The position numbers and the translations under genes were made by a program. From Candidatus Eiseniibacteriota bacterium (GTDB lineage: Bacteria; Eisenbacteria; RBG-16-71-46; DASYSL01), in contig JANPEF010000153.1 of assembly GCA_031431875.1 (NCBI GenBank), forward strand, positions 45,891 to 109,890: DNA of 64,000 nucleotides, read 5' to 3'. Of the stretch, positions 36,504-48,207 are shown in pieces. The number at the start of each line of letters is the position of its first letter. The first letter of the stretch is position 1. Under the pieces are notes generated by a model that saw only the letters and a list, made by a program, of their open reading frames with translations, had not been told where the DNA came from and ran no database searches.

Positions 36504-37580
36504 ATGCCCCGTCTCTCGTCGACTCCGTCGCGCGCCCCGAAGGGCACGCCCCGCCTCACCCTGGTCAAGGGCGGCCGCGGCAAGCCCGTCCGCTCCGCGG
36601 CACTCCGTCCGGTCAAGGCCGTCGCCCGTACGACGAAGGCGACGACCGTCGCGGCGAAGCCGCCCCAGGCGAAGAAGTCGACGAAGCTCGTGCCGGCAAA
36701 GGCGGCCAGGCTCGTGCCGGCCAAGGCGCCCGTGGCGCGCGTCGCGCCGCACACGGCGATGCTGCGTGCGCCGCTGGCGCTGGTGCCCAGGAAGCCGCTC
36801 AAGGGCGCGGCCGAGATCGCGGCGGCGCGGGCCCGCGCGGCGGCGGCGAATGCGGCCGATCCGCCGGTGCGCGTGGCGCGCGAGAAGCTGCTCGAGCGCT
36901 ACACGCCGCTCATCAAGTACGTCGTCGAGCGCCTGTCGGTCGGGCTGCCCAAGAACGTCGACCACGACGACCTCATGTCGGCCGGCATCCTGGGCCTGCT
37001 CGATGCCTACGACAAGTTCGATGCGTCGAAGGGAACGAAGTTCGAGACCTACGCGGTGTGGCGCATCAAGGGCGCCGTGCTCGACCAGCTCCGCGCGCTC
37101 GACTGGGCGTCACGCTCGATCCGCCGCAAGGCGCGCGAGGTCGAGGCCTCGACGCGCCGGCTCGACCAGCGTCTCGGTCGCGCGGCCTCCGACGAGGAGG
37201 TCGCCAAGGAGGCCAAGATGCCGCTGGCCGACTACCACCGGCTCATGGACCAGGTGCGGGGCGCGGTGCTGCTGTCGCTCGACGAGACGCGCTCGCCCGA
37301 GGAGGGCGACTCGCTCGGCCTGGCCGAGCTCATCGAGGACCCGAACGTGCCGGACGTGCTGGCGCGCATCGAGGAGGAGGAGACGCGTCTCGTCCTGCTC
37401 GACACGCTCAACCGCCTGCCCGAGCAGGAGCGCATTGTGGTCGCGCTCTACTACTACGAGCACATGACCCTGCGCGAGATCGGCGTCACGCTCGGCATCT
37501 CCGAGTCGCGCGTGTCGCAGGTCCACTCACGGGCCGTCGTCCGTCTCAAGAGCCGCGTCCGTCGCGCGCTCGCCGCCTGA
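36504..37580 (+). CDS. fliA: RNA polymerase sigma28 (FliA/WhiG) with long basic N-terminal extension
   Basis: DDLMSAGILGLLDA, FETYAVWRIKGAVLDQLR..DW, GISESRVSQVH; GAGGAG RBS. Confidence 0.92.
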   Translation: MPRLSSTPSRAPKGTPRLTLVKGGRGKPVRSAALRPVKAVARTTKATTVAAKPPQAKKSTKLVPAKAARLVPAKAPVARVAPHTAMLRAPLALVPRKPLKGAAEIAAARARAAAANAADPPVRVAREKLLERYTPLIKYVVERLSVGLPKNVDHDDLMSAGILGLLDAYDKFDASKGTKFETYAVWRIKGAVLDQLRALDWASRSIRRKAREVEASTRRLDQRLGRAASDEEVAKEAKMPLADYHRLMDQVRGAVLLSLDETRSPEEGDSLGLAELIEDPNVPDVLARIEEEETRLVLLDTLNRLPEQERIVVALYYYEHMTLREIGVTLGISESRVSQVHSRAVVRLKSRVRRALAA

Positions 37581-37587
37581 GGATCCC

Positions 37588-37998
37588 GTGACCCTGCCCC
37601 TGCCGAACCCTGACTTCGAGCCCGTGCCCCGGGAGACCGGCGATCCGGCGTTGCTCGCGCTGGCCGGGCGCCTGCGCGCGCGCGGCGACGCCGCGAGCAT
37701 TTCGCTGGCGGACGAGCTCACGGCCGAGGCCCGGCGCCTGGGTGCCGAACGGGACGCCACGCTCCAGCGCATGTTCGAGAGCCTGGCGGTGAACCACGAC
37801 GTCAACAACGCGCTGGTCGGGATCTTCGGCAACGCGCAGCTGCTGGGCCTGGGGCCCGCGGGGCAGATCCCGGGCGTCGCCGACCGGCTCGCCGTGATCA
37901 CGCGCGAGGCGAACCGCATCAAGCAGGCGGCCCTGCGCATCGCGGAGCTCAAGCAGGGCCTGCTCGCGCGGCCGCTCGATGACGGCGGTGCGGCGTGA
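37588..37998 (+). CDS. Stand-alone HisKA-type domain protein without ATPase domain
   Basis: NHDVNNALVGIFGNAQLL H-box followed by second helix and stop. Confidence 0.7.
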   Translation: MTLPLPNPDFEPVPRETGDPALLALAGRLRARGDAASISLADELTAEARRLGAERDATLQRMFESLAVNHDVNNALVGIFGNAQLLGLGPAGQIPGVADRLAVITREANRIKQAALRIAELKQGLLARPLDDGGAA

Positions 37999-39104
37999 GC
38001 CCGCGCGCGAAGGGAACCAGGCCAGGAGCGAAGTCGACCCGTCGCACGCCCGCCGCGGGCGAGGGTGCGGCGGCTCGGCTGGCCGCGCTGGCCGACATCG
38101 TTGCGCTGGTGCGCGAGCGCCCCGACGCGGACGACGCGCTCGGCCGGGCCCTCGATCGCCTCGGCGAGACCGTGGCGTTCGAGAGCGCGACCTTCTTCCT
38201 GCTCGATGACGTGAGTGGCGAGCTGCAGCCGGTCGCCACGCGCGGCGCACACGTCGACCTGATTCCGGAAGTGCGCTTCGACCTGGGCGTCGGACTGTCG
38301 TCGTGGGTGGCGCGCACCGGCCGACCGGTGCTGCTGTCCGACCTGCGGGGCGAGGCGCGGCCCGACGCAGTCGATGCGCCCCGACACGGCTCGTTCGTGT
38401 CGGTGCCGATGGTCGTCAACAGGGTGTCGATCGGCGTGCTCAACGCGGGCAGCCGGGAGCCGGGAGCGTTCAACGAAGCCGATCGCGACCTCCTGGTCGC
38501 CGCCGCCGCCGCGCTCGCCGCGCCGATCGTGGCCCGCCGCGCTGCGCGCGACGCCGACCGCCGGCCGGGCGCCGATCCGGCGACGGGCCTGCTCAACCGG
38601 CTCGCCTTCGAGGAGCGCGTCGCCGAGGCGATCGAGCGCGGCCGTCGCTACGCCGAGCGCTGCGCCATCGTCGTCCTGTCGTTCGACGGCCTGGCCGCCC
38701 TGCGCCGCACGGCGGGGCTGACCGTGGCTGGCGAGGCGCTGGTCGCGATTGCCGGGCTGCTGACGGCCCGGGCGCGGCAGAGTGACCTCGTGGCCCGGCT
38801 GGTCCCCGACGACGCCTTCGCGCTGCTGCTGGCGCACCAGGGCGCCGACGCCGCAGGGCGTGCCGTCGAGCGGCTCGCCGCGACGATCGCACGCCACCCG
38901 TTCGCCGATCTTCGCCGCTGCACGCCGGGCACGGGCGTCGCCCTGTGGCCCGTCGCGACCGGCCCCGGCGCGGATGGATTCGCCTCGGCCGCGACCTGCG
39001 CCCAGGAACTCGTCGCCGCGGCGCTCGCCGCCGCGCGCGTCGACGCCGCGGTGGATGCATCCGCGGATCCCGTGGTGCCGCCCGCCCCCGCGGAGGCCGC
39101 GTGA
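37995..39104 (+). CDS. GAF plus degenerate GGDEF domain protein
   Basis: GAF; DPATGLLNR; RQSD I-site; VPDDA replaces GGDEF. Confidence 0.8.
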   Translation: MSPRAKGTRPGAKSTRRTPAAGEGAAARLAALADIVALVRERPDADDALGRALDRLGETVAFESATFFLLDDVSGELQPVATRGAHVDLIPEVRFDLGVGLSSWVARTGRPVLLSDLRGEARPDAVDAPRHGSFVSVPMVVNRVSIGVLNAGSREPGAFNEADRDLLVAAAAALAAPIVARRAARDADRRPGADPATGLLNRLAFEERVAEAIERGRRYAERCAIVVLSFDGLAALRRTAGLTVAGEALVAIAGLLTARARQSDLVARLVPDDAFALLLAHQGADAAGRAVERLAATIARHPFADLRRCTPGTGVALWPVATGPGADGFASAATCAQELVAAALAAARVDAAVDASADPVVPPAPAEAA

Positions 39105-40819
39105 ACCTGTCGGCCGAGGGTCTGGCGATCCCGGGGCGCATTCTCGTCGTCGACGACGAACCCGCCGTCGCCGAGGTCTTCCGCGACTACCTGACGCTCA
39201 TGGGCGGCCACGAGGTCGAGACACGCTCGTCGGGCGCGCTCGCGCTCGAGGCGTTCGAGGCGTTCGAGCCCGAGGTCGTGCTCACCGACCTCAACCTCGA
39301 TCGCGACATGTCGGGGCTCGACCTGATGCGCCGGCTCAAGGCGATGAACCCGGACGTGCCGGTCATCCTGGTCACCGGGCAGGTGTCGATCGCCTCGGCG
39401 ATTGCCGCACTGCGCGAGGGCGCCTACGACTACATCACGAAGCCGTGCGACCTCGAGGAACTGGGCCAGCTCCTCGGGCGCGCGCTCGCCTCGCGTCGCC
39501 TGACCGAGACCAACCGCAAGCTGATGTCGGAACTGAAGACCGCGAACGAGATCCTGTCGCGTCACGAGTCGGAGCTGCGCGAGCGGATCCACGTCGCGAC
39601 GTGGCGCATGCGCACGCTGTTCGAGCTGTCGAAGGACATCGCCCGCGACCTGGGGATCGAGTTCCGCTCGCGCGTCATCTCCGAGAAGGCCCGCCAGATC
39701 ACCGGTGCGGCGAGCTCGGCGTTGTTCATCGCCGGCGAGGAGGACGGCATCTTCCGGGCCCGCGCCGTGTCGGGCTTCGAGGGACCCGGCGGCGGGCCCG
39801 AGGGCCTCGTCTTCCGTTCCGAAGAGGGCCTCAACGGCGTCGTCGCCGCGAGCCAGACGCCGATCCGGCGCGGCGGTCGCGTGCACGCCGAGGGGCTGGG
39901 CCTGCCCGTGCCCGCCGGCGAGCCGTGCGAGGGCGTGCTCGTCGTCCCGCTGGTGGCCGACGCGCGCGTCGTGGGCACGCTCATGGTGATGGGGAAGGCC
40001 GGCGGCTTCACCCAGGACGACGAGGACTTCCTCGCCCTGTTCGCCTCGTCGGCGGCCATCGCGCTCACCAACTCGATGCTGTTCGAGCAGACGCTCGAGC
40101 TCGATCGCCTGAAGTCGGACTTCGTCGCCGTCGTCTCGCACGAGCTGCGCACACCGCTCGCGGTGGTGCTCGGCAACCTCGAGCTGCTGGGCGACGAGCG
40201 GTTCTGGACGCTCAACCCGCAGCAGGGGCAGTTCCTCAAGAGCGCCACGACGAACTCGCACCGCCTGCTGCACCTGATCAACGACATCCTCGACTTCTCG
40301 AAGCTCGAGAACTCGAGCCTGCCGATGACCCGCTCGCCGAACGAGCTGTCCGAGGTCATCAGGCAGACGGCGGAGAACCTGGCCCGCCTGTTCGAGGAGC
40401 GCGAGCTCAACCTCAAGCTCGACCTCGCGGCCGACCTGCCGCTGGCCGAGATCGACGAGCAGCGCATCGCGCAGGTTCTCACCAACCTGATCTCCAACGC
40501 GATCAAGTTCTCGCCCGCGGGCGCCCCGGTCGAGGTCACCGTGCGGCACGAGGACGGGCAAGCCGTCGTACGCGTGAGCGATCACGGCGAGGGCATCCGC
40601 CGCGAAGACATGCCGCGCCTGTTCAAGAAGTTCTCGCAGCTCGACTCGCGCTCGACCCGGAAAGTGGGCGGCACGGGGCTCGGGCTGGCCATCTGCAAGG
40701 GCATCGTCGAGGCGCACGGCGGCCGCATCTGGGCCGAGAGCGAGCCCAACGAGGGCAGCACGTTCATCTTCACCCTGCCCCTGGCCGCCGACGCGGCCGA
40801 CGCGGCGCAGGCGGCCTAG
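39101..40819 (+). CDS. Hybrid histidine kinase REC-GAF-HisKA-HATPase
   Basis: ILVVDDE...LTDL; SHELRTPL; NLISNAIKFS; GGTGLGLAI; GSTFIFTLP. Confidence 0.93.
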   Translation: MNLSAEGLAIPGRILVVDDEPAVAEVFRDYLTLMGGHEVETRSSGALALEAFEAFEPEVVLTDLNLDRDMSGLDLMRRLKAMNPDVPVILVTGQVSIASAIAALREGAYDYITKPCDLEELGQLLGRALASRRLTETNRKLMSELKTANEILSRHESELRERIHVATWRMRTLFELSKDIARDLGIEFRSRVISEKARQITGAASSALFIAGEEDGIFRARAVSGFEGPGGGPEGLVFRSEEGLNGVVAASQTPIRRGGRVHAEGLGLPVPAGEPCEGVLVVPLVADARVVGTLMVMGKAGGFTQDDEDFLALFASSAAIALTNSMLFEQTLELDRLKSDFVAVVSHELRTPLAVVLGNLELLGDERFWTLNPQQGQFLKSATTNSHRLLHLINDILDFSKLENSSLPMTRSPNELSEVIRQTAENLARLFEERELNLKLDLAADLPLAEIDEQRIAQVLTNLISNAIKFSPAGAPVEVTVRHEDGQAVVRVSDHGEGIRREDMPRLFKKFSQLDSRSTRKVGGTGLGLAICKGIVEAHGGRIWAESEPNEGSTFIFTLPLAADAADAAQAA

Positions 40820-40882
40820 CTGTCGCAATCCCAGGCGCACGATGCGCCCCGGGCCCCGGCCCGGCATGCTCACGGAGGAGCC

Positions 40883-41125
40883 ATGACCCATCGCACGTTG
40901 ACCGGAAAGAAGAAGCCGCCGATCCGCAACCCATGGGGCCGCTCGACGTCCGCCCGTGCCGTCCGCGGGCGCAGCCCCATCCGCTCCGTCGCCTCCGCGG
41001 CGGCCGAGCGCGGCGAGCGATTCGGCGCCAACGCCGGCAAGGGCAGCCTGGCCGCGCTGCCCTGGGCGCTGGCGCTGCTCGGCGCGAGCGCCGTGCTCGC
41101 CGCGGCGACCGTGCTCGGGCGCTGA
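40883..41125 (+). CDS. Small basic protein with C-terminal TM (80 aa)
   Basis: GGAGGAG RBS; Lys/Arg-rich N-terminus; hydrophobic tail. Confidence 0.55.
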   Translation: MTHRTLTGKKKPPIRNPWGRSTSARAVRGRSPIRSVASAAAERGERFGANAGKGSLAALPWALALLGASAVLAAATVLGR

Positions 41126-41234
41126 TCCGACGCCTCGCCGGGCGCGGAGGAAGCGCGTTGCCCGCACCGCCGCATCCATGCGAACCTGTCGGCGAACTTC
41201 CGTGAGTACTGCGACCCGAACTGGAGATCCCCCC

Positions 41235-42173
41235 ATGCGCATCCTGGTGACCGGTGGCGCCGGCTTCATCGGCTCGAACGTCGTCGATCGATTCGTCGAA
41301 CTGGGCCACGAGGTCGCGGTGCTCGATGACCTGTCGACCGGCCGCCGCGAGAACGTGAACGCGAAGGCACGCCTGTTCGAGGCGTCGCTCGACGACCGTC
41401 CCGGGGTCGAGCGGATCATCGGCGAGTTTCGCCCCGAGATCGTCGACCACCACGCCGCGCAGATCGACGTGCGGCACTCGGTGATCGACCCGATCGCCGA
41501 TGCGACGACGAACATCCTGGGCGGCATCGGCGTGCTCCAGGCGTGCGTGAAGCACGGTGTGCGGAAGTTCATCTACGCCTCGACCGGAGGCGCGCTCTAC
41601 GGCGAGGGCAGGCAGTTGCCCGCGACCGAGGACCATCCGTGCCACCCCGAGGCGCCGTACGGGATCTCGAAGTACGCGCTCGAGCACTACCTGTATTTCT
41701 ACCGGCTGGTCCATGAACTGGACGTGACGGTGCTCCGCTATCCCAACGTGTATGGCCCGCGCCAGAACCCGCACGGTGAAGCGGGCGTCAACGCGATCTT
41801 CATCGGCCTCATGGTCGAGGGGAAGCGGCCGACGATCTTCGGCGACGGCGAGCAGGTGCGCGATTACGTCTACGTCGGCGACGTCGTGCGGGCCAACGAG
41901 CTGGCGCTGACGAAGGGTTCGGGCGAGACCGTGAACCTGGGGTGGGGGCTCGGCGTGTCGGTCAACGACATCGTACGCATCCTGGCCGGGCTGCTCGGCA
42001 CCACCGAGCCGCCCATCTACGCCGCGCCGCGCGCGGGCGAGGTGCAGCGCATCTACCTCGACGCCTCGCGCGCGAAGGCCGTCCTCGGCTGGGAGCCGCA
42101 GGTGCCGTTCGGGGCCGGACTGGCGAAGACGCTCGAGTGGTACAAGGCGGAGCGGGCGGTCGGGCGGCGGTAG
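41235..42173 (+). CDS. NAD-dependent epimerase/dehydratase (UDP-glucose 4-epimerase-like)
   Basis: TGGAGFIGS, YGISK (YxxxK), RYPNVYGPRQ, RDYVYV. Confidence 0.92.
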   Translation: MRILVTGGAGFIGSNVVDRFVELGHEVAVLDDLSTGRRENVNAKARLFEASLDDRPGVERIIGEFRPEIVDHHAAQIDVRHSVIDPIADATTNILGGIGVLQACVKHGVRKFIYASTGGALYGEGRQLPATEDHPCHPEAPYGISKYALEHYLYFYRLVHELDVTVLRYPNVYGPRQNPHGEAGVNAIFIGLMVEGKRPTIFGDGEQVRDYVYVGDVVRANELALTKGSGETVNLGWGLGVSVNDIVRILAGLLGTTEPPIYAAPRAGEVQRIYLDASRAKAVLGWEPQVPFGAGLAKTLEWYKAERAVGRR

Positions 42174-42459
42174 CCGACCACAGGTCGGGTCGGTCGGCGG
42201 TAGGCTCGTGCCGGAACTCGTCCGTGGCGGGCGGCCGGAACGCCAGGTCGAACGCGAGCCAGCCGAGCTTTGCGAACGGGTCGGTGAGGAACACGCCGAT
42301 CACGAGCATGCCCACGCTGCCCCAGAGCAGCAGGTCCCACGGTGGCGTGGGCCACGTCTGCCACGCGATCCCCAGGAACACGACCGCGAACAGCCCCTCG
42401 AGCACGATCAGGTTCAGGGTGAGCGAGCCCAGGAACCACCCCGGCTGCCCGGCGCTCAC
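41962..42459 (-). pseudogene. N-terminally truncated DUF983-like membrane protein fragment
   Basis: GWFLGSLTLNL...TWPTPPW...WLAFDLAFRP resembles the C-terminal half of DUF983; no Zn-ribbon; frame runs 212 nt into the opposite gene. Confidence 0.45.
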
Positions 42460-44063
42460 TTGCGCAAGCGGAGGCCGAGCCGCGCGATCCAGCGCCGCTC
42501 GTCGACACCCGGCTGGTGATCGACGTCGTCGATCCAGCTGTGCGCCACACCGAGCGTGAATGCGACGCCATCGCGCGGCTCGAAGCGCCCCTCGGCCCCG
42601 AGCGTGCGCGCGTGCTCGACCACACCCGACAGCGTGCTGCCGCTCGCCGCCCCCGAGTCCGGATCGAAGAACGTGCCCAGCTCGCCCTCGCCGCGATCGC
42701 TCCACAGGGCGGTCAGCGAGGCGTCCCAGTTGGCCGACGGGGAGACCCCGGCGGTGGCGAACCAGGTCCGGCTGTCGGGGCCGACCGGGTAGCCGATCGG
42801 GCGACCGTGATGGATGAAGTCCTCACCGTAAAACGTTGCATAGACGTAGTTGTAGACGCGCGAGTACTCGGCCTCGAGGCGGCCGCGGGCGCCGCGGCCG
42901 AGGGCCGTGAATGGTCGGGTCCACAGCCCGCCGAGCTGGTAGCCGATGCGCGTCGGGGAGCCGGCGGTCTTCACGTTCTGGTCGTCGAGCAGCAGCTCGC
43001 CGTGCATCGCGGCGCCCGGGGCGGGGCGCCACGTCGCGTCGAGCCCGCCCATCACGTTGTTGCGGATCGACTCGGCGGCGCCTGTGCCGTCGACCTGGTC
43101 CTCGGACAGCAGGCGCTGGACGAACGTGTAGGGCAGGAGCGAGACCACGTACAGCGGCTCCCAGTGCGACGAAGTGTAGCGCGTCGTCTCGTGCAGGCCG
43201 ATCGTGAGCGCGGGCGAGGGGAACCACTCCAGCCGATGGGCGGCGATGCGCGCATCGCGCGAGGCGTCGACGTCGGCATGCGTCGCGGTGGCGCGCACGT
43301 GACGGAACAGCGTGCCGCCGAACGACAGGAACGTGACCGGCGCCGCCTGCCGCGACCACAGCAGCGTGCCGGTGGTGCCGGGCCCGAACGCCATGCGGCG
43401 CCGTCCGGCGGTGATGTCGAATGCACGTGTGGCGAACGAGACGTACGCGTCCTCGGACAGCGCAGCGAACTCCGAGCCGGTGACCAGCACGTCGGTGAAG
43501 CTCGACGCGTCGTCGACGCGGCCGGCCCAGACGTCGAGGTGGAGGAGCAGGCCGCCGGCGGTCAGGTTCGCGCGACCGCCGAAACGCGAGCGGTCCTCGA
43601 ACTGCGTGATCTCGTCGTCGATGCCGAGCGTCGCGTCGAGGTAGCCATACAGGCGAAGCCGCATTGCGTCCTCTCCGCCGTCCGTGGCGTATTCGGGTCC
43701 CCGATCCTCGATGCTCAGCAACGGGCTCGTGTAATCGTCGCGCACGGACAGCCCAGCCTCGTCGAACTCGCGGCCGAACGCGCGCTCGAGGCGCACCAGC
43801 GAGGCATCGCCCGATTCGGGATGGAGCCGGCGCGCCCGCGCCACGTACGCCGCGACATCCCGCCGCGCCAGCGGCATGGTGTTGAGTGCGATCGCACTAT
43901 CGGCCAGGCCCGAAGCGACGAGCAGCTCGAGGTCGGCGAGCAGCGGATCACCGACCTCGATCCACTCGACGGGCGACGCGGCCAGGGGGCGCGCGACAGC
44001 GGGGAGGGCGAGGGCGAAGGCGAGCAGCAGCACGAGCGTCGCGCCCGCCCCGCGCCCGCTCAT
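42456..44063 (-). CDS. Capsule assembly Wzi-like outer-membrane protein
   Basis: Signal peptide; GRRRMAFGPG..GTLLWS, AAHRLEW, NNVMGGLD, HGELLLDD; C-terminal beta strand. Confidence 0.72.
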   Translation of the reverse strand: MSGRGAGATLVLLLAFALALPAVARPLAASPVEWIEVGDPLLADLELLVASGLADSAIALNTMPLARRDVAAYVARARRLHPESGDASLVRLERAFGREFDEAGLSVRDDYTSPLLSIEDRGPEYATDGGEDAMRLRLYGYLDATLGIDDEITQFEDRSRFGGRANLTAGGLLLHLDVWAGRVDDASSFTDVLVTGSEFAALSEDAYVSFATRAFDITAGRRRMAFGPGTTGTLLWSRQAAPVTFLSFGGTLFRHVRATATHADVDASRDARIAAHRLEWFPSPALTIGLHETTRYTSSHWEPLYVVSLLPYTFVQRLLSEDQVDGTGAAESIRNNVMGGLDATWRPAPGAAMHGELLLDDQNVKTAGSPTRIGYQLGGLWTRPFTALGRGARGRLEAEYSRVYNYVYATFYGEDFIHHGRPIGYPVGPDSRTWFATAGVSPSANWDASLTALWSDRGEGELGTFFDPDSGAASGSTLSGVVEHARTLGAEGRFEPRDGVAFTLGVAHSWIDDVDHQPGVDERRWIARLGLRLRK

Positions 44064-45157
44064 GCCTGCGGGCCGATCGAGTCGACCGCAATCCAGTCGC
44101 CGCGCCGCGCCGACTCGCGCACGGCGTCGAGCACGCGCTGGTTCCTCCAGCCGTCCTCGAACGTGGCCGCGCCGGGGACACTGGTCTTGCCGCGCTGCAG
44201 CGCGTCGCGGATCGCCGCGGCATAGGTGAGGAACGCGCGGGCCCACGGCGTGTCGGGGACCTTCGATCCGGCGGGGGGCAGCGGGGCGTCGTCGCAGACG
44301 ACCTCGCTCCACGCCTCGGCGCCGTGCGCGCGCGACCACAGCGCGCCGCTCTCGCCGATCTTGAGCGAGCCCTTCGAACCGTGGATCGCGATCTTCGAGT
44401 CCGTCTCGCGCACCGCCGCGGCGAGGTGCATGCTGACTTCGCCGCCGCCGGCGAGTCGGCCCCACAGCACCGCGTAGTCGTCGGAGGTGACCGGTCGTGG
44501 CTCCCCCGTGTTGGGGTCGGGGCGCGTCTTGATCATGGTCGCCAGGTGCCCGCGCACCTCGACGATCTCGCCGAGCAGCGCGCGCACCGCGTCGACCGTG
44601 TGCGAGCCCAGCGCGCCGAGCACGCCGCCGCCCTGGGCCGCGTCGGACCACCAGCTCCAGGCTCGCGCGGGGTCGGCGCGGAACGGACCCTCGAGCCGCA
44701 CCTCGACGTTCCACACGTTGCCGACGAACCCCTCGGCGATCATCTCCTTCATGCGCACGCGCCGCGGGTTGAAGCGCAGCTCGTGGTCGAGCAGGTGCAG
44801 CTTCCCGGCGCGCTGCGCCGCCTGCCACATCTCGTAGGCCTCCCCGGCGTGGAGCGCGGTCGGCTTCTCGCACAGCACGTGCTTGCCGGCCTTGAGCGCG
44901 GCCAAGGTCTGCGGCAGGTGCTGGTGCGGTGGCGTCGAGACGACCACCAGCTCGATCTCGTCAACCTTGAGCATGCGGTCGAGGTCATCGAACGCACGAC
45001 GCACCCCGAACTCCTGGGCCACGTCGTAGGCGCGGGTCATGTTGCGCGACAGGAGGCCGACGATCTCGACGCCGGGCGTGGCCTGGAAGCAGGGGATCTG
45101 GGTGGTGCGGGCGAAGCCGGTGCCGAGAATCCCGACGCCGATCGTGCGGTCACTCAA
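44060..45157 (-). CDS. Gfo/Idh/MocA family oxidoreductase
   Basis: GILGTGFA, GKHVLCEKP, GGGVLGALGSH. Confidence 0.92.
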   Translation of the reverse strand: MSDRTIGVGILGTGFARTTQIPCFQATPGVEIVGLLSRNMTRAYDVAQEFGVRRAFDDLDRMLKVDEIELVVVSTPPHQHLPQTLAALKAGKHVLCEKPTALHAGEAYEMWQAAQRAGKLHLLDHELRFNPRRVRMKEMIAEGFVGNVWNVEVRLEGPFRADPARAWSWWSDAAQGGGVLGALGSHTVDAVRALLGEIVEVRGHLATMIKTRPDPNTGEPRPVTSDDYAVLWGRLAGGGEVSMHLAAAVRETDSKIAIHGSKGSLKIGESGALWSRAHGAEAWSEVVCDDAPLPPAGSKVPDTPWARAFLTYAAAIRDALQRGKTSVPGAATFEDGWRNQRVLDAVRESARRGDWIAVDSIGPQA

Positions 45158-45203
45158 GGGGGTCGCTCCAGGGAGGAAGGGAGGGGTCGAAAGCCGTCGC
45201 GGC

Positions 45204-45212
45204 AGACTAGCA
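45204..45212 (-). promoter_or_regulatory. Extended -10 promoter of oxidoreductase operon
   Basis: TGCTAGTCT. Confidence 0.4.
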
Positions 45213-45338
45213 TAGAGCCGCGGCGGAGCCGGATGTGTGGGTCGGTAAAGTATTTGGGAAGAGCGTGTTGCCGGTGTTGCCTCATCCTGGACACGAGAAA
45301 GAGGGATCCCTCCGCCCTGCGGGCGTCGGGGAGCACTA

Positions 45339-45347
45339 TGCTATCCT
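45339..45347 (+). promoter_or_regulatory. Extended -10 promoter of valS
   Basis: TGCTATCCT 73 nt before ATG. Confidence 0.45.
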
Positions 45348-45420
45348 GCAACCGACCTCGACGACCCAGCGCGACGGAGGCGGGACCCCCGCCTCCGTCC
45401 GCATTTCCACAGGAGTAGCG

Positions 45421-48129
<2,709 letters not shown>

Positions 48130-48207
48130 ACGTTCCGGGCTCGGCGGTCGACTCCTGGGGCGAAGGACGCCCATCCACGTCGCCCGCCCACCGGACCCGG
48201 AGGAACC

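Noticed and set aside
28418-40831. Recurring GCAATC hexamer as activator enhancer site
   Set aside because: Too short, with inconsistent spacing and orientation, to separate from chance.
45348-45420. T-box riboswitch for valS
   Set aside because: Leader too short; no specifier loop or UGGN antiterminator bulge.
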